DNA from: Octopus sinensis
Lineage: Eukaryota
DNA length: 64,000 nucleotides
Assembly: GCF_006345805.1 (NCBI RefSeq)
Contig: NC_043001.1
Coordinates: 107,446,001-107,510,000, forward strand
Direction: 5' to 3'
The position numbers were made by a program, and so were the translations under genes. Each line of letters opens with the position of its first letter. Positions within the stretch are counted from its first letter, which is position 1. Below are positions 62,226 to 64,000 of the stretch, one piece after another. The notes under the pieces are model-generated. The model searched no databases, was not told where the DNA came from, and saw only the letters and a program-made list of their open reading frames with translations.

Positions 62226-63399
62226 GTGGACGCTTATACAGTGTCTTGTAACGTGTATGAAGAACCCCCTAATTTTGGGGGCATAAAATTAGGAAAAAAT
62301 GTTCCTCCCTCAACCCAAGAACATTACTGTAATGATGAAAAATTTATTTTCAATTGCTCTTTTTTCGCAGGAACAATTATTTTCATCTATATATGCGGAA
62401 CTTCATTTTATTAATTTTTTCATTAATTTTATATTGCATTTATGTTTACAGTGCAATAGAGTACATATTATATACGTTTCACATTATGTAACTAATTATG
62501 GATTAAAGTTTTGGGTTTTATATTTTTATAACCCGCGTAAATAAAAATAGAGCGAAGATGTTGATAGTAATGGTCCGTGAAAAAATTTATAATATCCGTT
62601 TGTAATTTCATTCCATGTTGTTCAGGATGTTGTCTAGGCAACGATGACAGACTTTAACGGAAAGTATATCGAAAAGATTACAAAATTTATAATAGTAGGA
62701 AGATTTTGTCTTTGGGGCGCTAGAACACTGTGCACTACGTTTGCAGTAACGTTCAATTTAACTAGCAGTTTAAACTAGATTACATTTCTTCTGTTCATCG
62801 TTCATTTCTGTTTGTGATGGGTGAGTCATTCTTCGTGTGAAATTCATTCTCACTTACACTCCTTTGAGCTATTGCATCATTCTGGAAGATAATTGATGAT
62901 GTATATAATGACGTCTTCTGGATGTTTACAGGAGTAATGTTCGCCTGAGCCAACATTTAATAATGTTAACTCCAGTTGTTTCCCCACTCACATGCTTACT
63001 TCTCTCTAAAAGACCCGTATAGCCAGCATACAAATAGCATGGGAACGAATTATAAGGGACTCGCATCGTCTTCATTTATTTAGGTTAAAGGATGGACAAA
63101 ATTCGGCATTCTTGTCCCAATAAATGTGATCATTCAGGGACCAAGTTTCGGAATTGTCAATGAAGTTACTACATTTTTCAAAGGACCAAGCGTTACAAGC
63201 TTTAATTGGTAAGTTCCCGATATTGGAATAGTCGGTGATATCTCTCATCCGAATCGATCCTATGGGAAAAGGAACAACCTAGATAGTTTATAGAGGACAA
63301 AAATATTCCAGGTTAATTTACACCATTTCGTAGTCGTTGTTTCCAACGAGCTAAGTAGGATAGTTGCGTATTTTTTTAAAGCTTAATACTTATTCCGTA

Positions 63400-63660
63400 T
63401 ATATCTTTTATCGAAGACCTATATTACGGGGGCGTAAACAAAAGAACACCGGCTGTCAATCAGTGGTGGGTGACAAACAAAACAGAAAGTCCCAGACACA
63501 TGTTTTAGTTTCTGTCTACGAAATCTATTTACATGGCTTTGGTCGATCCGGATCTACTGTAAGAAAACACTCGCCCACGCTACCGCACAGTGAAACTGAA
63601 CTCGAGACCACGCCGTTGAAAAGGAAGTTCTTAACCGCTGATCCATGCCTGCGCCTGATT
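63400..63660 (-). mobile_element. Old diverged SINE family A
   Basis: TTACGGGGGCGTAAAC..TTGTCAA..GGCTTTGGTCG..ACACTCGCCCA..ATGCCTGCGCCT. Confidence 0.55.
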
Positions 63661-64000
63661 AATCATCGACACGTTACATCCCTTGCCCTGCAATTTCTTT
63701 TCGTGATGGCTTACAAGTTCCACTCCAGCATAAAAATAAAGTAGGCGTTTGCATACTTGATGTAGTGAGCCAAACAAATTTAATTAATAAAAATTATAGC
63801 CTTAGTGATGAGAACAATCGTTTCCTAAATGACTAAATCCGGTCAAACAAAGGCAGGGGTGAGTCAATCCCGAATACTTTTCATGTAGCTTTAAAATTAA
63901 TTTAATATGGAATGCAGTTGGCTGGTAAGCCTAGCCTTCTGCGTTGACAACTCCAGACACGTTTTCAGTCTACTTTACTACTGAAGAAGTAAAGGCAAAA

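Noticed and set aside
62857-62880. 24-nt micro-exon (NDAIAQRS) with CAG acceptor and GTAAGT donor as upstream exon of the GPI gene
   Set aside because: Such short AG..GT pairs arise by chance and it overlaps a probable repeat remnant

Overview
AT-rich, microsatellite-saturated eukaryotic DNA with one 100-N assembly gap (9050-9149). The SINE/LINE repertoire is what I associate with Octopus (cephalopod) genomes; this is recognition, not a database result. Nearly all ORFs in the supplied track are microsatellite translations or dead transposon fragments. Two things stand out. (1) A minus-strand gene, missed by the ORF track, with three phase-compatible coding exons (42347-42281, 31238-31138, 28060-27968). 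It encodes an 86-aa precursor: signal peptide, a 31-aa uncharged Ala/Thr-rich glycopeptide with two N-glycosylation sequons, and a GPI-anchor signal, i.e. a CD24/CD52-type architecture. (2) About ten loci with type I hammerhead ribozyme motifs of the Penelope-like-element (PLE) kind. These include a ~470-478 bp head-to-tail array with a hammerhead at each complete junction (retrozyme-like, 19597-20717) and two essentially perfect palindromes each carrying a ribozyme and its antisense copy. Retroelement families appear partitioned among microsatellites: PLE-like in (TA)n, Tx1-like in (GATA)n, R4/Dong-like in (TAA)n and (CATA)n. Also present: three tRNA-derived SINE families, mariner/Tc1/hAT remnants, MITEs, and an ~853-bp tandem duplication that may be an assembly artefact.
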